From NCBI GenBank assembly GCA_003963305.1, contig RXJR01000003.1:113706-177705 (forward strand): a DNA stretch of 64,000 bases, in the 5' to 3' direction. The notes beneath the pieces are model-generated. The model was not told where the DNA came from. It saw nothing but the letters and a program-made list of their open reading frames with translations, and ran no database searches. Positions 1 through 9,614 of this stretch are shown here, piece by piece (the stretch's first letter is position 1; each line of letters starts with the position of its first letter). The stretch comes from Candidatus Melainabacteria bacterium. Lineage in GTDB: Bacteria > Cyanobacteriota > Vampirovibrionia > Obscuribacterales > Obscuribacteraceae. The position numbers and the translations under genes were made by a program.

Positions 1-176
1 GTCAGCCAATCGGCCGAATCAGCGAGAGCGGTGAATTTACTTTTGCAATTCGGCGAAATTCAGTCAGTGGGGTAGCGGTAGCGATTTCCGCAACATGAAT
101 TTCCAGGCAGAGGCGGTGTATCGGCTGTTCCTGTAGCGGCTGTAGTTCTCTTCTATTGAGCTGTTGAGCTAAAGAG

Positions 177-863
177 CTATCCAATATCGAGTTTGTAACC
201 GACGCCGTGAACGGTCGTAATAATGGAGGGCTTTCCTTCTTCATCAAGCTTTTTGCGGAGACGTTTAATGCACGTCGTCAGAGCGTCGCTGCTAGAGTCG
301 GAGTCTGATGCCCAAACGCGATTGAGCAAGGCGTCTGCGCTAAAAACTTGCTTTGGATGTCGCATGAAAAACTCCATCAAAGCGAATTCTCTTGGCAGTA
401 ACTTGATCTCCACATCGTTTTTGGTTAGTTTGAAGTTCGCCTGGTCGAGGGTGATATTTCCCATCGTAATCACGTTTCCGGTGAACGAACCAGGGCGTCT
501 CAGTAAAGCTCGGAGCCGAACCGAAAGCTCTTTCATAGCAAACGGCTTTGTCAGGTAGTCGTCGGCTCCGGCTGTAAAACCAGTTTCTTTGTCGTCTATA
601 GTAGACTTGCCGGTCAGCATAATCACGGGAGTGGTTTTTCCGGCGTCCCTAAACTCCTTCAGAATTTGCGGTCCATGAATGCCGGGCAGCTCCCAGTCGA
701 GAATGACCACGTCAAATTGGTAGTATTTCAGCCTTTCAAGCGCTTCGCGTCCATCTGAAATGATTTCCAGATTGTGTTTCTCCATCGTCAGCCAGTCCCG
801 TACCATACGGCACAGACCTTGATCGTCTTCAACCAGGAGAATTTTGGCCACAGAACCGTCCAC
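177..863 (-). CDS. OmpR/PhoB-family two-component response regulator (receiver + winged-helix)
   Basis: 228-aa ORF. Receiver motifs LLVEDD, phospho-acceptor context VVILDWELPG and conserved lysine in LTKPF. C-terminal winged helix ends TVHGVGYKL. Confidence 0.9.
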   Translation of the reverse strand: MDGSVAKILLVEDDQGLCRMVRDWLTMEKHNLEIISDGREALERLKYYQFDVVILDWELPGIHGPQILKEFRDAGKTTPVIMLTGKSTIDDKETGFTAGADDYLTKPFAMKELSVRLRALLRRPGSFTGNVITMGNITLDQANFKLTKNDVEIKLLPREFALMEFFMRHPKQVFSADALLNRVWASDSDSSSDALTTCIKRLRKKLDEEGKPSIITTVHGVGYKLDIG

Positions 864-1029
864 TCGATACTGTCGTGTCTATTATGCCCGGACTGTGAAC
901 CTTCAACTGCTTTGCTGACAAGTGCAAAGAGATTTTTGAATGTCACTTTAGACCGACACGCAGATACTACAGCATGCGTGGACTCATGTAAAACCAATCC
1001 CTGTTTTCTCGGTGCAGGCGCAATGAATT

Positions 1030-2865
1030 TTAGACCCTGGCTTTTTCAGCCGGCGCGATGGAGGCGGTAAGTGGCAGGGTGAACCAGAAGACGCTGCCGA
1101 CTTCATTTTCACCGGGTTCGACACCGATTTTGCCTCCGTGCCTTTCAATAATGGCTTTGCAAATCGCCAGACCTAAACCTGAGCCGCCCTTCTTTCTCTC
1201 ATCATTCAGCTCAACCTGCTTGAACCGCTCGAAAATCGATTCCCTCATTTTTTCCGGAACTCCCCTGCCCCTGTCCCGAATATTTACTCTTACAGCGTCA
1301 GGCATTTTTGCTACGTCGATTGTGACCCGTTCACCTTTCGGTGAAAATTTAATCGCGTTGGATAGCAGGTTGACTACCACTTGCACCAGTCGATCGTTGT
1401 CCGCTTCAAGTATCAGATGGGCATCACCATTAATCGTTACCTCAACATCAGCTTGCTTGGCGAAACTAATTACTGAACCAATCGAGCTGGAAAGAACACT
1501 CTTCATGTCAGTCTTCGCAATGCGTAATTCGAGCATTCCAGATTCCATTTTCTCCAGATCGAGTAAATCGTTGATCAGAGCTATCAATCGTTTTACGCTT
1601 GCTTCGGTAATCTCGAGCGAATCATAACCATCTTCACTAAGGTTGCCGTATGCTTCAGCACCCAGTAATTCCAGAAATCCTTGCACTGAATTTAGTGGCG
1701 TCCGCAAGTCATGGCTGACCATGGCGACGAAGTCTGCTTTCAATCTGTCGATTTGTTTTCGTTCCGTGATGTCATGCGCAACGCAGAAAAGCGTCTTTTC
1801 CTCACTGGACCATTGCGCAGTCCAGTTCATATCAACCAGAGATCTGTCACTTTTGATTACTCTATTTTCGAAGGAGCCGAACGATTGATCCGCAATTATC
1901 TGTTTGATTTTTTCGAGCGTGTCGTTTACATCGTCTTTGAAGATTATTTGACTGATGCGCGTGCCTTGCAGGTCTTCTGGGGAAAGTCCCCAAACTGTCA
2001 CCGACGCGGGGTTCACTGATGCGAATCGACCATCTTTATCAATCGAGCAAATCACATCCACAGCATTCTCAAATGTCGCTCTTTGTTTGCGGTTTGCTTC
2101 TTCGAGGAGGGCAGCCATTTGCCTGAAAGTGTGATCGAGTCTGGCGATTTCGTCGATGCCCTCAATCGCCGGGCTCAGCTCCTTGCCTGCCGCAAGCCGT
2201 TGAGTATTGTCCATCAAGGTGTTGAGACGCCTGATGGTGCCTCTGTGAAAGAGGATTCCCAGAGCAACCGCTATCAGAACGTTGACTAACAGTCCCAGAA
2301 ACAGAGCAGCGGCAAAAGCATGGCGGGTCATCGTTTGCTGTGTCTGTGTTTCTTCCTGCAAATTGTTCATTTGGATGATCAGTTCATCCATACGCTGTTG
2401 CAATTTGAGCGTCAGCTTATTCAGACTGCCCCAGGCTTTAATCATGCCGAAACGGTCACCTTCAAGCGTTGCCTGCTTATTTTGAGCGAGAATCTTCAGG
2501 CAGTCAGTCAGAAGACCGTGAATTTCGTTGAATGCTTCTTCTTCAGCCGGGTGCCCTGCGACTAAGTCCTTAACTGCGGATGTTTCAACTTTGATTCGAT
2601 CATCGAGAACGCGTCTTTTACCTGACTGCTCCAGTGGATTGCTAGAAATTCGTGTCGAAACGGCGAGCGTACCTTCTGCCATGAGCAGCCGCAAAATTTG
2701 GTTGAGATGGCTGGTGACATCGCGGGCGTGTCGTTCGCTTTCAAGTTGAGCTTCATACTGCTGCGAGAGGAAGATCAGGACTAGAGCAAAGGTCAGTTCG
2801 AATGCCAGCGGTAACGCGACAAGCGTAAAAGTCTTTTTGGATAAGGGTGGTTCCTGAAAGCGCAT
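1030..2865 (-). CDS. Sensor histidine kinase (N-terminal TM, HAMP, PAS, HisKA, HATPase_c)
   Basis: 611-aa ORF. H-box MVSHDLRTPLNSVQGF, N-box NLLSNAIKFSPKG, G1 IRDRGRGVP, G2 GGSGLGLAICKAIIERHGG. PAS-like segment ENAVDVICSIDKDGRFASVNP. Two hydrophobic segments flank a roughly 150-aa putative sensor region. Confidence 0.9.
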   Translation of the reverse strand: MRFQEPPLSKKTFTLVALPLAFELTFALVLIFLSQQYEAQLESERHARDVTSHLNQILRLLMAEGTLAVSTRISSNPLEQSGKRRVLDDRIKVETSAVKDLVAGHPAEEEAFNEIHGLLTDCLKILAQNKQATLEGDRFGMIKAWGSLNKLTLKLQQRMDELIIQMNNLQEETQTQQTMTRHAFAAALFLGLLVNVLIAVALGILFHRGTIRRLNTLMDNTQRLAAGKELSPAIEGIDEIARLDHTFRQMAALLEEANRKQRATFENAVDVICSIDKDGRFASVNPASVTVWGLSPEDLQGTRISQIIFKDDVNDTLEKIKQIIADQSFGSFENRVIKSDRSLVDMNWTAQWSSEEKTLFCVAHDITERKQIDRLKADFVAMVSHDLRTPLNSVQGFLELLGAEAYGNLSEDGYDSLEITEASVKRLIALINDLLDLEKMESGMLELRIAKTDMKSVLSSSIGSVISFAKQADVEVTINGDAHLILEADNDRLVQVVVNLLSNAIKFSPKGERVTIDVAKMPDAVRVNIRDRGRGVPEKMRESIFERFKQVELNDERKKGGSGLGLAICKAIIERHGGKIGVEPGENEVGSVFWFTLPLTASIAPAEKARV

Positions 2866-2874
2866 GGTCAGGAG

Positions 2875-5800
2875 TCATTCCCATAAAAGCCTTTGAGCCA
2901 GGCTAGGACCCATTTTGAAATACCGGTTCAACAGTTCAGGATTGGTTTCCGTAGCCACGATGTAACCTGGACTTACATGTTTATTCCACGCTTCTTCGAA
3001 TGCTTCTCGCCCCTTCTCCGACCGGGCCAACAATCCCGGGACTGGATAGTAAGCAGCTATTCGTGGCTCAGCCTTGCCCGCTAAGTAGTCGAGGAAGAAT
3101 TGATTGGACTTCTGATTGTTGCCGGTGTTTGTTGTACTGATGATGCTTTCAGGACTTTTATTGTCGCCTACGAAGTATTCGAACTTCGGAATTACGTAGG
3201 GCTGATTAGTAACCGGCATCAATGCTTCTTTCATGCAGCTGATAAAGTGAGCAGATTGTTGAGGTTCCACGTCATCGAGCAAAACGCGAAACGTGCCGTC
3301 TGTTCGCATTGAGATGCGAATGCTGTCGGCGCTGATATCCTCCGGAATAAAGTGTCTCCTCTGCAGCGCTGAAAGGACCGCCTGAGCAATGTCTTTGAGA
3401 GCAGACTCCTGAGTGCGTTGCATGCATGTCTCTTTTTGCAAGGATGCGAAAAGTGACCGATATTCTTTTGCGGCGAAAATTAGTCCGATAATGAATGGAA
3501 TTGTCGCCACCAACATCGGCAGGTGAAGAGCGACTAGCGCAATCAAGGAAGTGCTCGCTCCGAGGAACGAATATTTGCTAACAACTCCGACCAGGTCGCT
3601 ACGTAGCTCGCTGACATGCTGTTTGTAGTTTAAGTTTCGGCGCACGAACGGAGGAGCAAGAGCGATTTCTCTCATCTTACTGATCTCGATACAGCCAAGG
3701 GCATGGTTCTTGTATGGTTGACCGACTTTCCAGAGGTCGTAAATTTGCTCACGCGCTAAAGCCCGATCGGTCATTTCCTGATTGAATTCGTCTATGGATG
3801 CAAAGACTTCGGCTGGTGTCAGCTCTGAAAGTGACGCGTGCACATGACCGACTCCACATTCAATCTGACCATCATCTGTGATACCGAAGTAACCTTCGTG
3901 TTTGCGTACAAAACGGTTGTAGTCGTTGAGCCCCTTTTCGAGTTGAGGGGCGATACAGACAACGTCCCAATTGTTGGCACACTTACGCACCGCCGTGGGA
4001 TCGTTGGCATTGAGGCGGATAGAACGACCCCTCAGTTGCTTGACTGAAACTGGTGATGTTGTTGTCGTCAAATCTATGAGAGTGTTAAGTGCCTGACTAT
4101 CCCATCCTTCGCCGAATAAGCCCCTCGTTCCGATTAGACATTTGGTTATTCCCCGTTCAAAAAATTCGGTGATCATGGCGACGTAAAAACGTGGTTCCCA
4201 TTTTGCACTGCTGGCGGTGATTTCGCTGAAACCTTCAGTGTTGTCATTTTTTACTATCAAATCCATCTGCAAGCCGGAGCTGGCAATATACTGATCTGCT
4301 GCCCTGACGAATTGCTCGGTGATACGCTTGTCCGTTAGCAGTAGTGAGCCTGTGACCAGGCAGGGATTAAGTTCTGTGCCACTTTTGGTTGCGAGTAGAG
4401 TTCTGAGTGCATCTATGGCGCCACCAGATTCCTTGGATAAAACACCATCAAGTGGTTTGAATACAGTAGCCGACATGCGCTCGAAGTCAGTAATTACGAC
4501 TGCTCTCAATTTGTCACCCAGATTTCGATGTTCAATCTGCAAGATTTTTGCGACAGCCTGAGCTTTGCTGTTGCTAAAGGCTAAAACTCTATCTACGGGC
4601 GATGCTTGTTTGCGTAATCCCTGTTCAGTAAAACCGTAACCGAGCTTCTGAGCTGCTGATTTTATGCGTGCATAGAGTTTGTGATCGGACTGGTCGGAGC
4701 TTACTTTCAGCTTATGAGAAGCATACTCTTCCAGTAAAATCATCCAATCTTCCAACAGCGGCGCCTGTGTCATGGCTTCACTGACTTCGATTTTCGAGGG
4801 GAACTGCATTTGCATTTTGAACATGTACCGGCAGTATGCAATTGCCAATTGCGGTTTGTGTTCTTGTAAGCCTTTCCATCCGGCAATAGGTGTAATCGGA
4901 GTTGCTAACTTCCCTATCCAATCGTTTGAAATGTTCGATTCGTTTGATGTGTTCGAATTGTTTGTATTGATTCGGTTGGTTCTTGATTTGGTTCTTGATT
5001 TGTTTTTGGGAAAACGAATTCTATGAGTCGTTTCATCGACTTTTTGCACGGCTGGAAGATAACTCAGGGGCGTTTCTGCGACTGCCCAATTGGGTCTATC
5101 GATCGTTTGCTCTTCGTCGCAAGCCTGTGATACTTTTTCGCTAATCCAGTTTGTTAGCCCGCTTGCATCACATCTCTCGTCGCTGACTTTGGTCGGCTTT
5201 ACTAGTTCATCAATGAGCTGGTGGAAGTCTTCATGCTGTTCCTTCAAAAATGCAAATTCTCTTTCTGTTGGCTGAGTGAAGTACACCAGGTCCTGAAATG
5301 GTGCCAGACCTCCTTCCTTGACGAGCGCAGGAGTTGGCACTTGATAGTCGATTTCGCCGACAAGCGACATGTATCTTGTCTCTTGCGTTGATGACTTGCC
5401 TTCGGGCGGTGTACCTGTAAGACCTACAATCAAAGGGTCGTCGAGTTGCTTAACCAGCTGGGTCATTACCGCGGCCCAGTAGTCTGTCAGGTGATGGCAT
5501 TCATCAAAAATGACAAGTCTGATGTTTTGTCGACGAAGTGCCTGTACCAGATTGAGCGCGTTTTCGTGCAGAATTTCTTTCAGCTCTAGAACATCGGTGA
5601 GTTTTCGTCTTATTCGTGTTAGATGCCTGGATAGCTCTTTTTGATGTTCCTTAGGATTGTGTTGCAAAAGTTCTATAAGTCGCAGTTCGGCATCGGCTCT
5701 GCTCATGCTGCGACTTTTTCTTAATTCTTCTATCCAGGCATTGCGAGCCAGTTTCTCTAAATATTCTTGTTCGCGCCCAGGCGTAGATAGCACCTGATAG

Positions 5801-6195
5801 GTGAGTAAAGTAATTGGTTTGAGTGGCTTGTCTTCATGAGTACCAATCAAATCCGCACTTCCAAAGGCCTCTGCATCTGGTGGCAGAAACAGATCGAGTT
5901 TTTGACGCCATTGGGACTGAATCGTTGTATTAGGAGAAATAATCAAGCTCGGACACTTAATTGCGCTAATAAGCTGGAGTCCAATGATTGTTTTGCCAGA
6001 TCCAGGTGGCGCCACGATGTGAATTTGCTTTTCGCCGTCCTCGATCTTCGAATGTACCAGGTCGAGGATCTCTTTCTGGTACTTACGAAGAGGAAAACGA
6101 AAGTTCAAGTCGTCCAGCAAACTCAATTCGGTTGTGTTATTTCTCGAATCTTGGCTCATGGCAAAATTTGCGTTACCTGGTAATTGACCAGTCAC
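2875..6195 (-). CDS. Large superfamily-2 DEAD/DEAH (type III restriction Res-like) helicase with predicted membrane hairpin and C-terminal extension
   Basis: 1106-aa ORF. Walker A VAPPGSGKT, motif II VIFDECHHL, motif III LTGTPPEG, C-terminal helicase lobe GEGWDSQALNTLIDL and motif VI QLRGRSIRL. Asn/Ser/Thr low-complexity insert NKSRTKSRTNRINTNNSNTSNESNISN. Hydrophobic stretch FLGASTSLIALVALHLPMLVATIPFIIGLIFAA is followed by a domain of about 190 aa. Its stop lies 9 nt upstream of the kinase start. Confidence 0.8.
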   Translation of the reverse strand: MTGQLPGNANFAMSQDSRNNTTELSLLDDLNFRFPLRKYQKEILDLVHSKIEDGEKQIHIVAPPGSGKTIIGLQLISAIKCPSLIISPNTTIQSQWRQKLDLFLPPDAEAFGSADLIGTHEDKPLKPITLLTYQVLSTPGREQEYLEKLARNAWIEELRKSRSMSRADAELRLIELLQHNPKEHQKELSRHLTRIRRKLTDVLELKEILHENALNLVQALRRQNIRLVIFDECHHLTDYWAAVMTQLVKQLDDPLIVGLTGTPPEGKSSTQETRYMSLVGEIDYQVPTPALVKEGGLAPFQDLVYFTQPTEREFAFLKEQHEDFHQLIDELVKPTKVSDERCDASGLTNWISEKVSQACDEEQTIDRPNWAVAETPLSYLPAVQKVDETTHRIRFPKNKSRTKSRTNRINTNNSNTSNESNISNDWIGKLATPITPIAGWKGLQEHKPQLAIAYCRYMFKMQMQFPSKIEVSEAMTQAPLLEDWMILLEEYASHKLKVSSDQSDHKLYARIKSAAQKLGYGFTEQGLRKQASPVDRVLAFSNSKAQAVAKILQIEHRNLGDKLRAVVITDFERMSATVFKPLDGVLSKESGGAIDALRTLLATKSGTELNPCLVTGSLLLTDKRITEQFVRAADQYIASSGLQMDLIVKNDNTEGFSEITASSAKWEPRFYVAMITEFFERGITKCLIGTRGLFGEGWDSQALNTLIDLTTTTSPVSVKQLRGRSIRLNANDPTAVRKCANNWDVVCIAPQLEKGLNDYNRFVRKHEGYFGITDDGQIECGVGHVHASLSELTPAEVFASIDEFNQEMTDRALAREQIYDLWKVGQPYKNHALGCIEISKMREIALAPPFVRRNLNYKQHVSELRSDLVGVVSKYSFLGASTSLIALVALHLPMLVATIPFIIGLIFAAKEYRSLFASLQKETCMQRTQESALKDIAQAVLSALQRRHFIPEDISADSIRISMRTDGTFRVLLDDVEPQQSAHFISCMKEALMPVTNQPYVIPKFEYFVGDNKSPESIISTTNTGNNQKSNQFFLDYLAGKAEPRIAAYYPVPGLLARSEKGREAFEEAWNKHVSPGYIVATETNPELLNRYFKMGPSLAQRLLWE

Positions 6196-6327
6196 TGACG
6201 GACCCGGAGTTTGCCTGTTTCAGCTAAAAGATACAGTATTTCCTTAATGTTCACGAACGATTGGATACAATTATGCCTGAGAAGTCGCCCTGCCAGCTAT
6301 TACCTGGTTTCTGGCTGCTGAACCCAA

Positions 6328-7059
6328 GTGAAACTTGTCTTTGTCGAGGATTACGTGTCCGATAGTTCAACTTTTCAACTCCGGGTCGTTGGTGTCTCCA
6401 AAACTTATGGAGACCATCAGGTCAATGCTGTCAAAGATGTCTCTTTGAGCTTCAGTGCTGGTGAATTTGTAGCGCTGATGGGACCAAGTGGCTGCGGCAA
6501 GTCGACTTTGCTCAACTTGATGGGCGGTATCGACAAACCAAGTGCGGGGAAAGTCTGGTTCGAAGAGCAAGATCTAACAACCATGACTGATGAGCAAACA
6601 ACCAAAATCAGAGGCGCAAAAATCGGCTTCATTTTCCAGTTTTTCAATCTCCTGTCGACACTTACTGTCGTTGAGAACGTTTCCCTGCCACTCGAACTGT
6701 CCGGCAAAGATGAACGCGAATGCAGGCGAGCCGCGACAGAGATGCTAGCGCGCGTTGGTCTTGAAAAACGTTTGAATTTTTATCCTTCGCAGCTCTCGGG
6801 CGGCGAAATGCAGAGAACCGCAATCGCTCGCGCCCTTGTTCATAGACCTTCTCTGATACTGGCCGATGAGCCGACGGGCAACCTTGATAGCGAAAACGGC
6901 ACAGCAGTGCTTGAACTGTTGCAGTCAGTCAACCGCGAGCTCAAGCCGACTATCATCATGGCTACACACAGCCAGGAAGCAGCCAACTACGCAGACAGAA
7001 TTATCGAAGTTCGTGACGGCGTCGTATATGGTGACAAACAAAAATGTTCTTCGAATTGA
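6328..7059 (+). CDS. ABC transporter ATP-binding protein (YbbA/LolD/MacB-ATPase-like)
   Basis: Walker A GPSGCGKSTLLN, signature LSGGEMQRTAIARAL, Walker B LILADEPTGNLD. The exact start is uncertain (GTG at 6328 or a downstream alternative). Overlaps the next gene by 16 nt. Confidence 0.9.
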   Translation: MKLVFVEDYVSDSSTFQLRVVGVSKTYGDHQVNAVKDVSLSFSAGEFVALMGPSGCGKSTLLNLMGGIDKPSAGKVWFEEQDLTTMTDEQTTKIRGAKIGFIFQFFNLLSTLTVVENVSLPLELSGKDERECRRAATEMLARVGLEKRLNFYPSQLSGGEMQRTAIARALVHRPSLILADEPTGNLDSENGTAVLELLQSVNRELKPTIIMATHSQEAANYADRIIEVRDGVVYGDKQKCSSN

Positions 7060-9608
7060 ATTTATTTCGTCGCTTTATACTTCGGGATCTTGCAAAGAAC
7101 AAAACTCGTACCTGCTTGACTCTGGTTGGTATCGCTCTTGGTGTCAGCGTTCTAATTGCAATCAGTCTGGCCAATCATACTGCTTTGCTCAAGTTTAAGG
7201 AGACAGTTGATCTTGTCTCCGGCAAGGCGAATCTCGAGATCCGCAGTACCGCTGGTCCTTTCATGGATGAGAATACGCTGTCCGATTTGAGCTGGCTTGG
7301 GAGTGTCGGCGGCAAGTACATGCCGATGATACAGCAGACGGTCGCAGTCGCTGATAAGAACGAAGAGCTTGTGCAAATTATCGGAATTGATATGTTGGGT
7401 GATCCCGACTTCAAATCCTACAGCGAAGAGAGTTCAGGCTCGAACAACTTTCTGGATCTTTTTTCCAGTAAGTCGGTGTTGGTTGGAGAGCGCTTGGCCA
7501 ACACATTGCATCTTTCAAAAGGCAGTCCAGTCAAACTTCTTATAAACGATCAGACCGAAACTTTCGTTGTTTCAGACATCATGTCTGGGGAAGGATTGGG
7601 CGGTGTGTATAGCGGCAATCTTGTTGTGGGCGATTTGAATGTCGTCCAGCGGGCCTTACGTGCAGAAGGAAAAATAAGTCAGATTGAAGTGATAGTGCCT
7701 GAGAATCTTCTGGAGCAAACGCAATTCCAGTTGCGACAGGAATTGGCTCCGAATATCGTCATAGACAGACCGTCTCAGCGTGGTGAGCAGGTTGAGAAGA
7801 TGACGCGTTCGTTCAAATATAATCTGATCGCGCTTACCTTCATTGCTTTGATGGTAGGCATGTTTCTGATTTACAACACAATGACGATTTCGATTATCCG
7901 CAGGCGTCCTGAAATCGGTACAATGCGCGCACTGGGCGTCACACGCCTTCAGATAATGATGCTGTTTTGTATCGAGTCTCTCTGGTTTGGTGTAGTCGGC
8001 ACCTCCATAGGGTTGCTCATGGGTGTCGCTATGTCGCAGGGCGCGCTCAAGGCGATTGCAGGAACGTTTCAGCACTTCTACTTCCAGACACCCATGGAGT
8101 CGGTCGCCATGGCTCCTATGACGCTGGCGTTGGCATTTTGCCTCGGTGTAGTGTTGACTCTGGTGGCATCGATTCCTCCAGTCATAGAGGCGACCGGAGT
8201 TGCACCCGCTGAAGCTACGCGCAGAGCCTCGTACGAATCCAAGATAGATAGGCTGTCGCCCTGGTTGAGTCTACTTGGCGTGATTTGCTTTGGTGGGGCG
8301 GTGGTCGCAAGCGGTCAACAGCCGGTCTACAATTTCCCCGTCTTTGGATATGTCTCGGCTCTTTCTGCGATCATCGGAGCTGCTCTAGTCATGCCGCTTG
8401 CGCTCCGATTCTTGCTTCCCTTATTGGGGTCGTTATGTCGAAAGATTTTTGGATTTGAAGGGTTGTTTGCCGCACGGTCTCTGCATGGTACTCTCGGGCG
8501 GACGTCTGTTGCGGTTGCGAGCTTGATGATTGGCATCGCTATGATGGTCAGCCTTGGCATCATGATTGGCAGCTTTAGAGAGACTGTTATGGTCTGGATC
8601 GATCAGACGCTTCAAGCTGATCTCTGGCTGGAGTCATCGGCTAGAGCTGCAGGAAGCCGTTTCGGCAAATTCGATCAGTCTCTGATGCCCGTGATCAAAA
8701 GTGTTCCTTCTGTGGTTGCAGTAGATGCTTTCGTCGATACTCCTATTGAATACAAAGGCGAACAGACAAATTTGGGCGCGGGGGATCTCGATGTAACCGA
8801 GAAGTATGGGCATCTCAAGTTCACCTCCGGTGAGCCGACGAAAACGGTGTTAGCTCGCATGGGGCATGACAGTGCAATAGTCTCGGAGAGTTTTGCCATC
8901 AGGAAGGGCGTTGCACAGGGTGACTCGCTGACTCTTCAGACTCCTTCGGGCGATCATACGGTGAAGGTAGAAGGCGTGTATTACAACTATGCAAGCGACC
9001 TCGGCTACATAGTGATACCGCGGGCTGTCTTCAAGGAGCTATATCATGAAGATCGTGTCTCTAATTGTGCGATTTACCTCGCACCTGGTGCTGACCCGTA
9101 TGCAGTGCGTGCAGAAATTCAAAAACGTCTGGCCAAAGTTGGACTTTTCTCGATTCGCACGACCAGTGAGTTGCGTAAAGAGGCAATAAAAATATTTGAC
9201 CGCACTTTTGCAATTACTTATGCGCTGCATACGATTGCAATTGCAGTATCAATGTTGGCGGTGATGAATGCTCTGTTTGCGCTTGCTCTGGAATCACGGC
9301 GTGAATTCGGTATTCTGCGCTACATGGGTGCTTCCAAGAAACAGATTCAATCTGTCGTTTTAACGGAAGCGGGAATTCTAGGTGTATTGGGCAATCTTTC
9401 CGGATTGGCTCTGGGATTTGTACTATCGCTGCTGCTGATTTTTGTAATTAATAAGCAATCGTTTGGCTGGACTGTGCAATTCGCAGTGCCGTACGATTTC
9501 TTGATCGAGTCCTCGATATTAGTGTTGTTGACGTCGGTTCTGTCGGGTATTGTTCCTGCCCGCTTTGCGGCGAAGACTGTGGCTCCGCAAGTGGTTCGAG
9601 AGGAGTAG
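7044..9608 (+). CDS. Large FtsX-family ABC permease with two FtsX modules (YbbP-like)
   Basis: 854-aa ORF. Two FtsX-type segments each carry the cytoplasmic loop motif (RRPEIGTMRALGVTRLQI and RREFGILRYMGASKKQI) and are flanked by hydrophobic helices. Large soluble domains precede each module. Overlaps the ATPase gene. Confidence 0.85.
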   Translation: MFFELNLFRRFILRDLAKNKTRTCLTLVGIALGVSVLIAISLANHTALLKFKETVDLVSGKANLEIRSTAGPFMDENTLSDLSWLGSVGGKYMPMIQQTVAVADKNEELVQIIGIDMLGDPDFKSYSEESSGSNNFLDLFSSKSVLVGERLANTLHLSKGSPVKLLINDQTETFVVSDIMSGEGLGGVYSGNLVVGDLNVVQRALRAEGKISQIEVIVPENLLEQTQFQLRQELAPNIVIDRPSQRGEQVEKMTRSFKYNLIALTFIALMVGMFLIYNTMTISIIRRRPEIGTMRALGVTRLQIMMLFCIESLWFGVVGTSIGLLMGVAMSQGALKAIAGTFQHFYFQTPMESVAMAPMTLALAFCLGVVLTLVASIPPVIEATGVAPAEATRRASYESKIDRLSPWLSLLGVICFGGAVVASGQQPVYNFPVFGYVSALSAIIGAALVMPLALRFLLPLLGSLCRKIFGFEGLFAARSLHGTLGRTSVAVASLMIGIAMMVSLGIMIGSFRETVMVWIDQTLQADLWLESSARAAGSRFGKFDQSLMPVIKSVPSVVAVDAFVDTPIEYKGEQTNLGAGDLDVTEKYGHLKFTSGEPTKTVLARMGHDSAIVSESFAIRKGVAQGDSLTLQTPSGDHTVKVEGVYYNYASDLGYIVIPRAVFKELYHEDRVSNCAIYLAPGADPYAVRAEIQKRLAKVGLFSIRTTSELRKEAIKIFDRTFAITYALHTIAIAVSMLAVMNALFALALESRREFGILRYMGASKKQIQSVVLTEAGILGVLGNLSGLALGFVLSLLLIFVINKQSFGWTVQFAVPYDFLIESSILVLLTSVLSGIVPARFAAKTVAPQVVREE

Positions 9609-9614
9609 AAAATC

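Noticed and set aside
2-247. 81-aa minus-strand ORF at the window edge
   Set aside because: It overlaps the 3' end of the response regulator gene in another frame. It has no motif or RBS support and is too short and truncated to support.
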